From assembly GCF_000284115.1 (NCBI RefSeq), contig NC_017080.1, positions 2,010,001 through 2,042,000 on the forward strand: DNA of 32,000 nucleotides, given 5' to 3'. The notes under the pieces were generated by a model, which was not told the origin of the DNA, made no database searches, and saw only the letters and a program-made list of their open reading frames with translations. Below, piece after piece: positions 8,354 through 18,901 of the stretch (the first letter of the stretch is position 1; every line of letters starts with the position of its first letter). This DNA comes from Phycisphaera mikurensis NBRC 102666 (lineage in GTDB: Bacteria > Planctomycetota > Phycisphaerae > Phycisphaerales > Phycisphaeraceae). The position numbers and the translations under genes were made by a program.

Positions 8354-8913
8354 CGCGGCAGCTTCGCGACCGCCCGCACCACGCTCGCGTCGGTGAGCTC
8401 CGCGTCCACGTCGGCGAACCGGACCCACTTCACCTCGCCGGCGTCCGAGCCCGCGACGGCCTCGTGGCTGCTCGCCTCGAAGAGGAAGCGGACGTCGTGG
8501 TGCCGGTGGGCCGGCTCGCCCCGCTTCGGGTTCGCCGGGATCGGGTGGACGTCAACGTCGAGCAGCCGCACGCACCGCGCACCGGTGACGCCGGTTTCCT
8601 CGCGCAGCTCCCGCGTCGCGGCGGCCTGGAGGTCCTCGTCCTCGGGGTCGACGTGGCCGCCGGGCTGCAGCCAGCGGAGCAGCTTCCGGTGCCAGATCAG
8701 CAGCAGGTGCCCGTCGTGGACGACGAAGGCGCTGGCGGTGAAGTGCCCGTCCCGGACGCTGTCGCGGGCGAAGGGATCGTCGGGCCCGAGGAGCAGCGAG
8801 AGCATCTTCTGGCGGTGCCCCTCTTCCGCCGGCTCCCCGGCGCGGAAGCCCGAAAGCAGCTCGCGCGCGTCGTCACGCCGCCGCGTCGCCTCCCTCGCGG
8901 CGGCGTCGGGCAT
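8350..8913 (-). CDS. NUDIX hydrolase
   Basis: GGHVDPEDEDLQAAATRELREETGV matches Nudix box GX5EX7REUXEEXGU. ATG 8913 (alternative 8934). Confidence 0.88.
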   Translation of the reverse strand: MPDAAAREATRRRDDARELLSGFRAGEPAEEGHRQKMLSLLLGPDDPFARDSVRDGHFTASAFVVHDGHLLLIWHRKLLRWLQPGGHVDPEDEDLQAAATRELREETGVTGARCVRLLDVDVHPIPANPKRGEPAHRHHDVRFLFEASSHEAVAGSDAGEVKWVRFADVDAELTDASVVRAVAKLPR

Positions 8914-9338
8914 CAGCGGAGGAAGAGGATCCACAGGACGATCAGCACGACCGGCACGACGGCGGCGGCGATGATCAGCTTCTTCTGCTTCGCCGCGGCC
9001 TCCCGGGCCTCCTCCGCCGCCCGCTCCCGCCGCTGCTCCTCCCGGCGGAGCCGGGCGATCTCGGGGTTCACGTACTCGGGGTCGTCGCCGCTGAAGTGCG
9101 ACGCCGCGCCCTTGCCGCCCGCGCCCTGGCTGCCCCGGGGAGGCCGCGTCGCCCCGGAGGCCTCGGCCTCCCCGGGCGCTTCCGCTTCCGGCGCGCCCTC
9201 GGGTGGCTCCTCGCCGCGGCCCTCGGCGCCGGCACCGCCCAGCCGCGGGTCCGGGCCGGCCGGAGCCGACGGCTTCCGCGGCTCGTCGGGGTCTTCCGCC
9301 AGCTCGTACAGATCGTCGTTTTCGTCGTCGTCAGCCAT
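8913..9338 (-). CDS. Acidic, low-complexity protein with C-terminal transmembrane anchor
   Basis: MADDDENDDLYELAEDPDEPRK... charged/proline-rich region, coiled-coil-like RLRREEQRRERAAEEAREAAAKQ, then KLIIAAAVVPVVLIVLWILFLR. Confidence 0.6.
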   Translation of the reverse strand: MADDDENDDLYELAEDPDEPRKPSAPAGPDPRLGGAGAEGRGEEPPEGAPEAEAPGEAEASGATRPPRGSQGAGGKGAASHFSGDDPEYVNPEIARLRREEQRRERAAEEAREAAAKQKKLIIAAAVVPVVLIVLWILFLR

Positions 9339-9395
9339 GGGGTGCACCGGAGCCGGAGCGTAGGGTCCCGCCGCGGCGTCGCGCGGCCGGCGGCG

Positions 9396-10076
9396 TCAGA
9401 CCTCCGGGTACAGGTTGCGGCGCCGGGCGTATTCCGCGACCTCCGCCGCCAGCGACGGCGGCCGCTCCCCCCGCCGCAGGGCCGCCCGGATCGCGGTGCT
9501 CGAGGCGTCGACCTCCGGGACGTCCACCAGCGTGGCCGCGTCCCGCAGCCAGCGGGGCGCCTCGTGGTCGAGCCACGCGGCGGCGGCCGCCCGGCCGGCC
9601 GGGGGACGGACCATCACCGCCGGGGGCGCCAGCGCCGCCAGTGCCTCCGCCGCGTGCCACTGCGGGAAGACGAAGAGCTGGTCGGTGCCGATCAGCAGCG
9701 CGAAGCGCTCGTCCGGCCGCTCGGCGGCGAGCCGCCGGAGCGTCTGGACGGTGTAGCTCGGCCGGTCGTCGCCCGCTTCGGCCTCGGTGGCGTCGACCTC
9801 CACCGCCTCGAGGCCCCGCACCGCCAGGCGGAGCATCGCGAGCCGGTCCGCCGGGGGGCTCTGCTCGTGATCGAGTTTGAAGGGCGAGCGGCCGGCGGGC
9901 ACGTACAGCAGGCGCGTCGCCCCCAACGCCGCGGCGACCCGCGGCGGCAGCGTCGTGTGCCCGCGGTGGGGCGGGTCGAAGGTGCCGCCGAAGACCAGGG
10001 TCAGCGGCCGGCGGTCCTGCCCGCGGACCGCCGGGTTATGGGCGCCTCGCGGGCCGCGGTCCGCGGCTCGGCTCAA
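9396..10076 (-). CDS. nadD: Nicotinate-nucleotide adenylyltransferase
   Basis: LTLVFGGTFDPPHRGHTTLP (T/HxGH nucleotidyltransferase motif), LLIGTDQLFVFPQWH, ASSTAIRAALRRGE. No ATG; TTG at 10076 overlaps the upstream stop (TTGA); CTG 10004 is an alternative. Confidence 0.85.
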   Translation of the reverse strand: MSRAADRGPRGAHNPAVRGQDRRPLTLVFGGTFDPPHRGHTTLPPRVAAALGATRLLYVPAGRSPFKLDHEQSPPADRLAMLRLAVRGLEAVEVDATEAEAGDDRPSYTVQTLRRLAAERPDERFALLIGTDQLFVFPQWHAAEALAALAPPAVMVRPPAGRAAAAAWLDHEAPRWLRDAATLVDVPEVDASSTAIRAALRRGERPPSLAAEVAEYARRRNLYPEV

Positions 10077-12796
10077 GACGCCGGCCCCAGCGTGATCTCG
10101 TCGGGCGTCCAGCCCGCCGCACGCCCGGCCAGCTCGCTGCTGGTCCGCAGCACCGGAGCCGAGGACAGCGCGGCCGCGTCGAGATCGACCGGGGTCGCGA
10201 TCCCGAAGACGTGGCGCTCGCCGGGCAGCAGCGTCACCACGCCGTCGTCGACCACCGCGTCGGGGTGCAGCCGCTCGGGGTAGAGCGTCAGGTCGCGGAG
10301 GAGCGTCTCCGCGTGCACGGCCACCCGGCGGCCGCCGTCGGCCACCTCCACCCGCATCTTCGGGCTCGGCAGGCCCGCCGCTTTGTCGGGCGCCGACCAC
10401 CAGAAGCTGCGGACGCCGCCGGGCAGCTCGGCGACCAGGAAGCGGCCGGGGGCGGCGTCGCGATCGAGCGCCCGGAGGCGGACGTCGACCCCCGCGGCCG
10501 ACCTCGGGGCGAGGTCGACGCCGTCGGTCTGCTCCTCCACGAGAGTCCCGTCGGCCTCCATCAGCCGCACCCGCAGGTCGCCCGCCCACCGCTGGTCGCT
10601 GTCGTTGTGCAGGTAGGCACGCAGCGGGCCGGTGTCGTCGCCCCAGGCGCCCAACTCCACCGGCTCGGCGGGGCCGAGGTTCACGACGCGCGGAGCGAAG
10701 AAGCGCCGGGTCGCGAAGTACAGCGGCTTGCGGACCCCGTCGGTGTCGACGCTCGACCAGCTCGCCCCGGGCCAGCAGTCGTTGATCTGCCAGTACAGGG
10801 CGCCGGAGTTCCAGGGGAACAGGCTGCGGAACCAGCCCACACCGGCGGTGACCGCCCGCGCCTGGTTGATGCTCGCGAGGTGGTGCCAATCGTCGAGCTC
10901 CCGGCCCGCGGGAACCGGGAAGTCGTCGTGGATGCGGGCCGAGGTCTTGTTCTGGCCGTCCCCGAGCACTTTGTCGTGGCCGTTCTTGTTGTGCTCGCGC
11001 ATCACCGGACCGGTCCAGTCCCGCTGGTCCTCGGGGGTGCTGCGCTCCAGCGAGGGCCACGCGTTGGGGGCGTGGAATCCGAACTCCGAGCAGAACCGCG
11101 GGCAGTGCTCGTAGTAGTGGAGGTAGTGGCCCGGGCCGTGCCACACGTTCCACACGTGGCGGTTGCCGCGGCTGTTCATGTTCGCCTCCAGAGCCGTGTC
11201 TTCGAACTCGGCGCGGGTGGTCCCGCTCGAGGGGCTGCCGGGCCAGTACGGCGTCGTGGGCGCCAGGTCGTTCACGATTCCGGGCAGCGTCTCGAAGTAG
11301 TACCGGAGGCCCCAGGGCAGCTCCCCGATCACCTCCGGCCACGGCTTGCCCTTGACGTTCCACTCCTGGTAGCCCCAGAGGTTCTCGTTGCAGCCGTTCC
11401 AGAGCACGAGGCTGGCGTGGCGCGCGAGCCGCGAGACGTTGTCGCGCACCTCTTGCTCGACGAGCGAGACCGTGTCGTCGTCCTCGGGGTACGCGGCGCA
11501 GGCGAAGAGGAAGTCCTGCCAGATCATCACGCCGGCCTCGTCGCAGGCCTCGTAGAGGTCGGCGTGCTCGTAGAGGCCGCCGCCCCAGATCCGCAGCATG
11601 TTCATGTTCATGTCGACGGCCTGAGCAACCCGCTCGCGGTAGGTCTCCCGGGTGACGCGGTGGGGGAAGAGGTCTTCGGGGATCCAGTTCGCCCCTTTGC
11701 AGTAGATGTCCTTGCCGTTGACCCGCAGCGTCATCCGGCGTCCCGTCACGCCCTCGCGGCCCGCGAGGCCGTCGACCGGGAACGCCGCGTCGGCGGGGTC
11801 CTCGTCGAGGATCAGCTCCGTGGTGCGGAGACCGATGCGCGAGGAGGCGGTGCCACGGGTCGCGCCGCCGGCGTCGAGCAGCTCGATCTGGAGCGTGTAG
11901 AGCGGCTGAGCGCCGTGGCCGACCGGCCACCAACGCTGCGCACCCGCCACCGACACGGCGGCCTCGGCGGTGCCGCCGGCGGCTTCGGCTTCGGCGGTGG
12001 CGGCGACGGCGCCGTCGGGGTCCAGCAGCCGGAAGCGGACGCGGCCGGGCCCTTCCACGTCGGCGACCAGCACGAGCTCCGCGGTGTCGCCGGAGATCTT
12101 GGTGGTGCGCGGGCGGACGTCGCCGAGCCGGCAGGCGTCCCAGGCCTCCACGCGGCAGGGCTTCCAGACGCCCGAGGTCGTCACCGTGGGCCCCCAGTCC
12201 CAGCCGGAGTTGCACGACATCTTCCGCAAGAAGTTGTGCGGCATCTTCGGGTTCCCGCCGGCTCCCTCGGAGGGCAGAAAGCCGTATGCCTCGCGTGCGG
12301 CCAGCGCGGCGGGAAGCGGCGCGGCGAAGCGAACGACCAGCTCGTTCTCGCCCGCGCGCGCCGAGGTCGCGTCGAAGCGCTGGCGGGTGTGCATGTCGGC
12401 GCTGCGGCCGATGACGGTGCCGTTGAGGCTCACCTCCGCGAGCGTGTCGAGCCCGTCGAAGCAAAGCTGAAGATGCTCCCGCTCCAGCGCCTCGCCGGGG
12501 AGATCGAAGGTGCGGCGGAAGCTGAACGCCGAGCGACCGATCCAGAGGATCTCCGCCTCGTGCAGCGCCACCTCCGGGTCGGGGATCAGCCCGGCGGCGA
12601 GGAGGTCGGTGTGGGCGCAGCCCGGGACGGTGGCGGGCACGTCGCGGCCGATGAGCCCGGCCGGCGGACCCTCCACGTCGCGCGGGTCGCCGCCGGTCGC
12701 AGCGCTCACGCTCTCCAGCCGCAGGGTCCAGACACCGGGGGTCCCGCTGCCGAGGTCGAGTTGGAGAGGCCTGGAGTCGGAGGTGATCGGAGTCAT
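10073..12796 (-). CDS. Glycoside hydrolase family 2 beta-mannosidase-like, 907 aa
   Basis: VPGCAHTDLLAAGLIPDP, NSGWDWGPTVTTSGVWKP, GANWIPEDLFPHR...NMNMLRIWGGGLYEHADLYEACDEAGVMIWQDFLFACAAYP, LWNGCNENLWGY, CSEFGFHAPNAWPSL, PWNSGALYWQINDCWPGASWSSVD. ATG at 12796. Confidence 0.93.
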   Translation of the reverse strand: MTPITSDSRPLQLDLGSGTPGVWTLRLESVSAATGGDPRDVEGPPAGLIGRDVPATVPGCAHTDLLAAGLIPDPEVALHEAEILWIGRSAFSFRRTFDLPGEALEREHLQLCFDGLDTLAEVSLNGTVIGRSADMHTRQRFDATSARAGENELVVRFAAPLPAALAAREAYGFLPSEGAGGNPKMPHNFLRKMSCNSGWDWGPTVTTSGVWKPCRVEAWDACRLGDVRPRTTKISGDTAELVLVADVEGPGRVRFRLLDPDGAVAATAEAEAAGGTAEAAVSVAGAQRWWPVGHGAQPLYTLQIELLDAGGATRGTASSRIGLRTTELILDEDPADAAFPVDGLAGREGVTGRRMTLRVNGKDIYCKGANWIPEDLFPHRVTRETYRERVAQAVDMNMNMLRIWGGGLYEHADLYEACDEAGVMIWQDFLFACAAYPEDDDTVSLVEQEVRDNVSRLARHASLVLWNGCNENLWGYQEWNVKGKPWPEVIGELPWGLRYYFETLPGIVNDLAPTTPYWPGSPSSGTTRAEFEDTALEANMNSRGNRHVWNVWHGPGHYLHYYEHCPRFCSEFGFHAPNAWPSLERSTPEDQRDWTGPVMREHNKNGHDKVLGDGQNKTSARIHDDFPVPAGRELDDWHHLASINQARAVTAGVGWFRSLFPWNSGALYWQINDCWPGASWSSVDTDGVRKPLYFATRRFFAPRVVNLGPAEPVELGAWGDDTGPLRAYLHNDSDQRWAGDLRVRLMEADGTLVEEQTDGVDLAPRSAAGVDVRLRALDRDAAPGRFLVAELPGGVRSFWWSAPDKAAGLPSPKMRVEVADGGRRVAVHAETLLRDLTLYPERLHPDAVVDDGVVTLLPGERHVFGIATPVDLDAAALSSAPVLRTSSELAGRAAGWTPDEITLGPAS

Positions 12797-12921
12797 CGGG
12801 AACGTTGTAGGGCAAACGTCGGAAGCTTTCGCGGCTGGCGGCGAGGGGATCCGCTCGCGTATGCCCGCCGCCGGCGAGCGCGACCCCGCGACGCCTCCGC
12901 GGACGCGGGTACGCTCGACGC

Positions 12922-13524
12922 ATGGCGCACCGCCTCGACGGCTCGGCACTGGACACCCCGGCGGGGACCCTCGGCGAGCTGCTCGATGCGGCGCGCCGGC
13001 GGCTCGGCGGCGAGCGGCTGGTGGTCGAGGTCCGCTGCGACGGGCGGGTGCTCGACGCCGAGGAGATCGAGGTGCGGATGCTCCGGCCGCTGGAGGCGGA
13101 CGAGATCCAGCTGCAGTCGGCACGCCCCGCGGAGCTGGCCGTGTCGGCGCTGGACGGCGCGCTCGACCGCCTCGCGCAGCTCGGCGAGCAGCAGCGGGAA
13201 GCCGCCGAGCGCCTGCAGGCCGACGAGGCCGGCGCGGCATACTCGCTGCTCGGCGACGCCCTCGCCGGCTGGACCGAGGTCTCCTCGGCCGTGAGCCAGT
13301 CCTGCGAGCTCACCGGCGTGCCGCTCGGCTCGCTCACGACCGGGGGGGGCAGCGGCGCCGACGTCGCGGCCGGGCTTGCGGCAAGCCTGCGGGAGGTGCG
13401 GACGCAGATCGAGGCGCAAGACACGATCGGCCTGGCGGACTCGCTCGCCTACGTCTGGCCCGACGTGGTGGAGCGGTGGGAAGCACTGATCGGGAGCCTG
13501 CAGGAGCGGCTCGGTCGCGCCTGA
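12922..13524 (+). CDS. Hypothetical protein, 200 aa
   Basis: Intact ORF with amphipathic, Glu-rich coherent composition (LVVEVRCDGRVLDAEEIEVRMLRPLEADEIQLQSARPAELAVSALDGALDRLAQLGEQQREAAERLQ...). Confidence 0.7.
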   Translation: MAHRLDGSALDTPAGTLGELLDAARRRLGGERLVVEVRCDGRVLDAEEIEVRMLRPLEADEIQLQSARPAELAVSALDGALDRLAQLGEQQREAAERLQADEAGAAYSLLGDALAGWTEVSSAVSQSCELTGVPLGSLTTGGGSGADVAAGLAASLREVRTQIEAQDTIGLADSLAYVWPDVVERWEALIGSLQERLGRA

Positions 13525-13614
13525 GAGCGCCCGGGTTCAGGCGACGCTCGGAGGGCCCCAGACGCCGCCCGCGCCCGCCGCGGGTCCGCCTCCCGCCGCT
13601 ACGCTCGGCGACTC

Positions 13615-14166
13615 ATGAAGATCGACCACCCGGACCTCCCGCGCGTCAGAGCCGCCTTCCCCGACGCCCCGCTCTTCGCGACGGAGTTCCGCGGCGAGAC
13701 GACGCTGGTGGTCCGGCCCACCGAGCTGCACGCGGTGCTCACCCTGCTCAGAGACGACCCGGCGACCGGCTACGACTTCCTGGCCGACGTCGTCGGCGTG
13801 GACTACCTCGGCTACCCCAAGGCGAGAGAGGGCGGCCCCAGCGGGCGCTTCGCCGTCGTCTACAACCTCCAGAGCACGGCCACCGGCCGGCGTCTGTTCG
13901 TGAAGGCGTTGCTGGACCCCAGCGTCGACACCGACGGCACCGCCGACGACCCGGCGCTGCACCTGGACAGCTGCGTGGACCTCTGGCCCGGGGCGGAGTG
14001 GATGGAGCGTGAGGTGTACGACATGCTCGGCATCCGCTTCGACCGGCACCCCGACCTCCGCCGGATCCTGCTCTGGGAGGCCTACCCGACGCACCCGCTC
14101 CGCAAGGATTACCCGGTCCGCGGGCAGGGCGAGCGGGAGGACTACCGGATCGTGCAGCGGAGCTGA
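13615..14166 (+). CDS. nuoC: NADH-quinone oxidoreductase subunit C
   Basis: YDFLADVVGVDYLGYP...AVVYNLQSTATGRRLFVKALLD...HLDSCVDLWPGAEWMEREVYDMLGIRFDRHPDLRRILLWEAYPTHPLRKDYP, classic 30-kDa subunit signature. Confidence 0.95.
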   Translation: MKIDHPDLPRVRAAFPDAPLFATEFRGETTLVVRPTELHAVLTLLRDDPATGYDFLADVVGVDYLGYPKAREGGPSGRFAVVYNLQSTATGRRLFVKALLDPSVDTDGTADDPALHLDSCVDLWPGAEWMEREVYDMLGIRFDRHPDLRRILLWEAYPTHPLRKDYPVRGQGEREDYRIVQRS

Positions 14167-14306
14167 ACCCCGCTGGATGGGGTGGGTCCCCGCGGCGACG
14201 CAGCCGCGCCTGCGGGCAGGACGGGCAGGGCGGGCAGGGCGCGTTGGGGGACGCCGGCGCCGTGGGAAGCCTCCGTTGGGCCGGCGTGGACGCGGAAGGG
14301 TGCGGC

Positions 14307-16007
14307 TCAGCCCGCCGGGGGCGGGAGCTGCGGGGCGCCGGTGTCGCCGGGGTCGGGCGCTTCGCCGAGCTGGATGGGCAGCCGGATGGTGAAGCAGGTG
14401 CCCGCCCCGGGCGCGGACTCCACGCTGATGACGCCGCCGTGCTCGTTGACGATCTTCTGGGTCACGACCAGGCCCAGGCCGGTGCCGCGGAGCCCCTTGG
14501 TGGAGTGGAAGGGCTCGAAGAGGCGGTCGCGGGTGGCGGCGGACATGCCGGCGCCGTTGTCGCGGACGGAGACGACCACCTCGTCGCGGTCGTCGTCGAA
14601 GGACGACGTGATCGTGACCACGCCCTCCTCGGATTCGCAGGCGTCCAGCGCGTTGGACAGCAGGTTCAGCATCGCCTGGTGCAAGCCGCCGCCGTCGAGC
14701 GGCAGCGGGGCGAGGTCCGCCGCGAAGTCGGTGACCAGCGCCACCTTGGCGGCCTCGAACTGCGGGGTCAGCAGCGCCACCGCCTCCTCCAGCAGCGGGT
14801 TGAGGTTCGTCATCTCGAACTCGGGCCGCCGCTGCTTGCTGAAGGCGAGCATGTTCATCGTCAGCTCGTAGATCCGCTCGAGGTTGCGGCTCACGATCTT
14901 CCAGCCCGAGACCACCACCGGCGTGTTGTTCTTCTTGAGGCCCAGGTCGACCACGTCGGCGCCGCCGCGGAGGCCTTGCAAGATGTTCTTGATGGAGTGG
15001 CTCAGCGACGCCACCGTCTGGCCGACGGCCGCGAGCCGCTCGGCGCGGACGCGAGCCTCCACCAGCCGCAGGTTCGCCAGCGCGAGGCCGGTCTGGGTGC
15101 CGATCGCGGTGAGCAGCGCGAGCTGGTCTTCGGTGTAGGTGTAGTTGGCGACCTGGCTGTCCAGGTGGATCACGCCGTAGAAGCGGTGCTTGTAGCGGAT
15201 CGGCACACACATCGCGGAGTGGATGTGGAAGCCCTGCACGCTGTCGCCGCTGGCGAAGCGGCGGTCGTTCATCGCGTTGCTGGTGAGCACGCCGACGTTC
15301 TTGCGCGTCACGTACTCGACGATCGTCTTGGAGTACGCGATCGGGGTCGCGGGCGTGCCGGGGGGGGCGGTCTCCGGTGCGGCGGCGCGTTGCCGGACGA
15401 CCACCGGGAGCAGCTCGCTGCCCACTTCCTCGCCGACGAGGATGAAGCCGCGGTCCGCGTCGAAGTGGTCGAAGACCGTGTCCATCACCCGCGTGAACAG
15501 CTGGGGCTTCTCCTTGAGCGACCCCACCAGCGAGACCAGCTCGTAGAGCACGTTCAGCTGGAACTGGGCCGACTGCCGCGGCTCGGGCGAGCTCATGATG
15601 ACCGAGTCGTCGCTGCTCTGGACCTGGTGCTCGAGGTGGATGTCCATCTCGCCGCGTTCCACCGGGCGGAGCCGCGTGCCGGGCTCACGCCGGCTCCGCG
15701 CGAAGGCCAACGCCCCGTCCCCGAAGCTCAGCAGCGTGGATCCGGCCCGGATCTGATCGCCGACCTTGAGCGTCCGCGATCCGGTGACCCGCACGCCGTT
15801 GACGTAGGTGCCGTTGCTGGACTCCAGGTCGCGCAGCACCCAGACGCCGTGCTCGGGATCGGGCGTGAGCTCCACGTGCCGCCGCGAGATCGTCCGGTCC
15901 GTCAGCGGCAACGCCTCGCTGGACCGCCCGATCTGCTGCGGCTCGTGGTCGGGGAGCTCGAACCGGCGCCCGCGGTCGGGGCCTGCGATGACGGTGAGAA
16001 CAAGCAT
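14307..16007 (-). CDS. FHA-GAF sensor histidine kinase
   Basis: N-terminal FHA ([22 protein letters not shown]...[15 protein letters not shown]), GAF ([12 protein letters not shown]...[16 protein letters not shown]), H box ([14 protein letters not shown]), N/G boxes ([37 protein letters not shown]). Confidence 0.92.
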   Translation of the reverse strand: MLVLTVIAGPDRGRRFELPDHEPQQIGRSSEALPLTDRTISRRHVELTPDPEHGVWVLRDLESSNGTYVNGVRVTGSRTLKVGDQIRAGSTLLSFGDGALAFARSRREPGTRLRPVERGEMDIHLEHQVQSSDDSVIMSSPEPRQSAQFQLNVLYELVSLVGSLKEKPQLFTRVMDTVFDHFDADRGFILVGEEVGSELLPVVVRQRAAAPETAPPGTPATPIAYSKTIVEYVTRKNVGVLTSNAMNDRRFASGDSVQGFHIHSAMCVPIRYKHRFYGVIHLDSQVANYTYTEDQLALLTAIGTQTGLALANLRLVEARVRAERLAAVGQTVASLSHSIKNILQGLRGGADVVDLGLKKNNTPVVVSGWKIVSRNLERIYELTMNMLAFSKQRRPEFEMTNLNPLLEEAVALLTPQFEAAKVALVTDFAADLAPLPLDGGGLHQAMLNLLSNALDACESEEGVVTITSSFDDDRDEVVVSVRDNGAGMSAATRDRLFEPFHSTKGLRGTGLGLVVTQKIVNEHGGVISVESAPGAGTCFTIRLPIQLGEAPDPGDTGAPQLPPPAG

Positions 16008-16122
16008 GGGTGGATTCGCCTGAGGCTGATGGAGGGCCGACGAGAGAGGGTTCGGGTTCCGGTGCCTCGCTCCCGGGCGAGCGGCCGCCCCCGGCGAGCC
16101 GTCCGCACCTCCCGCGACGCGC

Positions 16123-17538
<1,416 letters not shown>

Positions 17539-17730
17539 GGGGCGGAGAGGGTAGAGGGGGGGAGAAGAGACGAAGGGACGAAGAGGCGGCGGCGCTGTCT
17601 CTCCACTCCGCTTCGCCCCAGCCGCCACGGCGAACCTCGCGGAGCGTGCGGCCTTGCTGCACGACGACCTCCCGCGGCGTCGCTTCGCTTCGTTGGTCCG
17701 CGGAGCGGACGCCCGCCCGTAGCCTTGCCC

Positions 17731-18594
17731 ATGATCGTCTACGCCGACGGTGGCTTCCGCGAGAAGGACGAGGCCTTCTATCCGCTGGAGGAGCGGGGCG
17801 TGCTCTTCGCCGACGGCGTGTACGAGGTGGTGCGGTACGACCGGGGGCGGCCCTTCGAGATGGACGCCCACGTGCGACGGCTGCGAGCGTCCCTGGCGGG
17901 GATCGGGCTGCCGTGGCCGGGCGTGGAGGCGGCGGCGTCGCTGTCCGACGAGCTGGTGCGACGCAACGGGCTTCCGGATGCGCGGGTGTACTGGCAGGTG
18001 ACGCGGTCGGCGGCGGGCGGGCCGGGGAAGCGGAGCTTCGTGCATCCCGAGAAGCCCGAGCCCGCGATCACGATGATCGCGTACCCGGCGGAGCCGCTGG
18101 ACCCCGCGGCCCCCGTGGAGGCCGGCGAGGCCGTCATCGTCGAGGACGTGCGGTGGCACCGCTGCGGCATCAAGTCGCTGATGCTGCTGCCGGCGTCGAT
18201 GGCGAAGACCGAGGCGAAGCGGCGGGGCGCCGTGGAGGCGCTCTTCGAGCGGGCGAAGCCGGGGGCGGCCGGGACGCACATCACGGAGGGCTCGTCGACG
18301 AACGCCTTCGCCGTGATCGGCGGCGTGCTCCGGACCCACCCCGCAGACGGCTGGGTGCTCGCGGGCGTGACGCGGGCGGTCCTGCTGGAGGCGGCGCGGT
18401 CCGCGGCGCTCGCGGTGGAGGAGCGGGCGTTCACGCGGGCGGAGCTGCTGGCGGCTTCGGAGGCCTTCGCGTGCTCGACGACGCAGGTGACGGCGCTCAC
18501 GTCGGTGGAGGGGACGCCGATCGGCGGCGGGAAGGCCGGGGAGGTGACGCGGCGCCTCGCCGCGGCGTACGTGCGCCGCGTGCTGGGCGCGTGA
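17731..18594 (+). CDS. Class IV PLP aminotransferase (D-alanine aminotransferase-like)
   Basis: ATG 17731; MIVYADGGFREKDEAFYPLEERGVLFADGVYEVVRYDRGRPFEMDAHVRRL, CGIKSLMLLPASMAKTEAKRRGA, THITEGSSTNAFAV, VLAGVTRAVLLE. Confidence 0.9.
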   Translation: MIVYADGGFREKDEAFYPLEERGVLFADGVYEVVRYDRGRPFEMDAHVRRLRASLAGIGLPWPGVEAAASLSDELVRRNGLPDARVYWQVTRSAAGGPGKRSFVHPEKPEPAITMIAYPAEPLDPAAPVEAGEAVIVEDVRWHRCGIKSLMLLPASMAKTEAKRRGAVEALFERAKPGAAGTHITEGSSTNAFAVIGGVLRTHPADGWVLAGVTRAVLLEAARSAALAVEERAFTRAELLAASEAFACSTTQVTALTSVEGTPIGGGKAGEVTRRLAAAYVRRVLGA

Positions 18595-18595
18595 A

Positions 18596-18617
18596 AAACC
18601 CCGCTTTCGCGGGGTTT
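18596..18617. terminator. Bidirectional hairpin terminator between the aminotransferase and tRNA-Ser
   Basis: AAACCCCGC-TTTC-GCGGGGTTT, 9-bp perfect stem flanked by an A-run on one side and TTT on the other, 2 bp after the + strand stop codon and 7 bp from the tRNA 3' end. Confidence 0.8.
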
Positions 18618-18623
18618 CTCAAG

Positions 18624-18710
18624 CGGAGAGACAGGGATTCGAACCCTGGGTGCACTTGCATGCACACACGAATTCCAGTCGTGCGCCTTAAACCACTCAG
18701 CCATCTCTCC
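18624..18710 (-). tRNA. tRNA-Ser, anticodon GGA
   Basis: Reverse complement GGAGAGA-TG-GCTGAGTGGTTTAAGGC-G-CACGA-CTGGAAT-TCGTG-long variable arm-CAGGG-TTCGAAT-CCCTG-TCTCTCC-G. All stems pair; long variable arm as in class II tRNA; no encoded CCA. Confidence 0.96.
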
Positions 18711-18901
18711 TGAGCGTGGGGCGGAAGGATAGGAAGTTCCGCCGGCCGCACCTCGCCTTGCCCCCGCAGCGTGCCGGGCGCATCGCGTGTACCGAAGGCT
18801 TCAGGGTGCCGCGGCAGCTTCCGGGTCAACCGCTCGATCCGCCGAGCGTCTCGGGCACGCTGCTCAGCAGGCGGGCACGCCCCCCCCGCCCATCGGCCGC
18901 A

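Noticed and set aside
10211-13294. 1027-aa plus-strand ORF
   Set aside because: Antisense to the well-supported GH2 beta-mannosidase; low-complexity composition typical of high-GC shadow ORFs.
9396-13424. 1342-aa minus-strand ORF as one protein
   Set aside because: Only the C-terminal part is NadD; the rest is an Arg/Pro/Ala-rich shadow of the GH2 gene in another frame.
14170-14260. Strong terminator between nuoC and the histidine kinase
   Set aside because: Only a short ACCCC-GGGGT pairing and GGGCAGG direct repeats are visible; not convincing as an intrinsic terminator.
18624-18710. tRNA-Ser as an integration site for a mobile element
   Set aside because: Both sides carry ordinary housekeeping genes, with no integrase and no duplicated tRNA 3' fragment seen.
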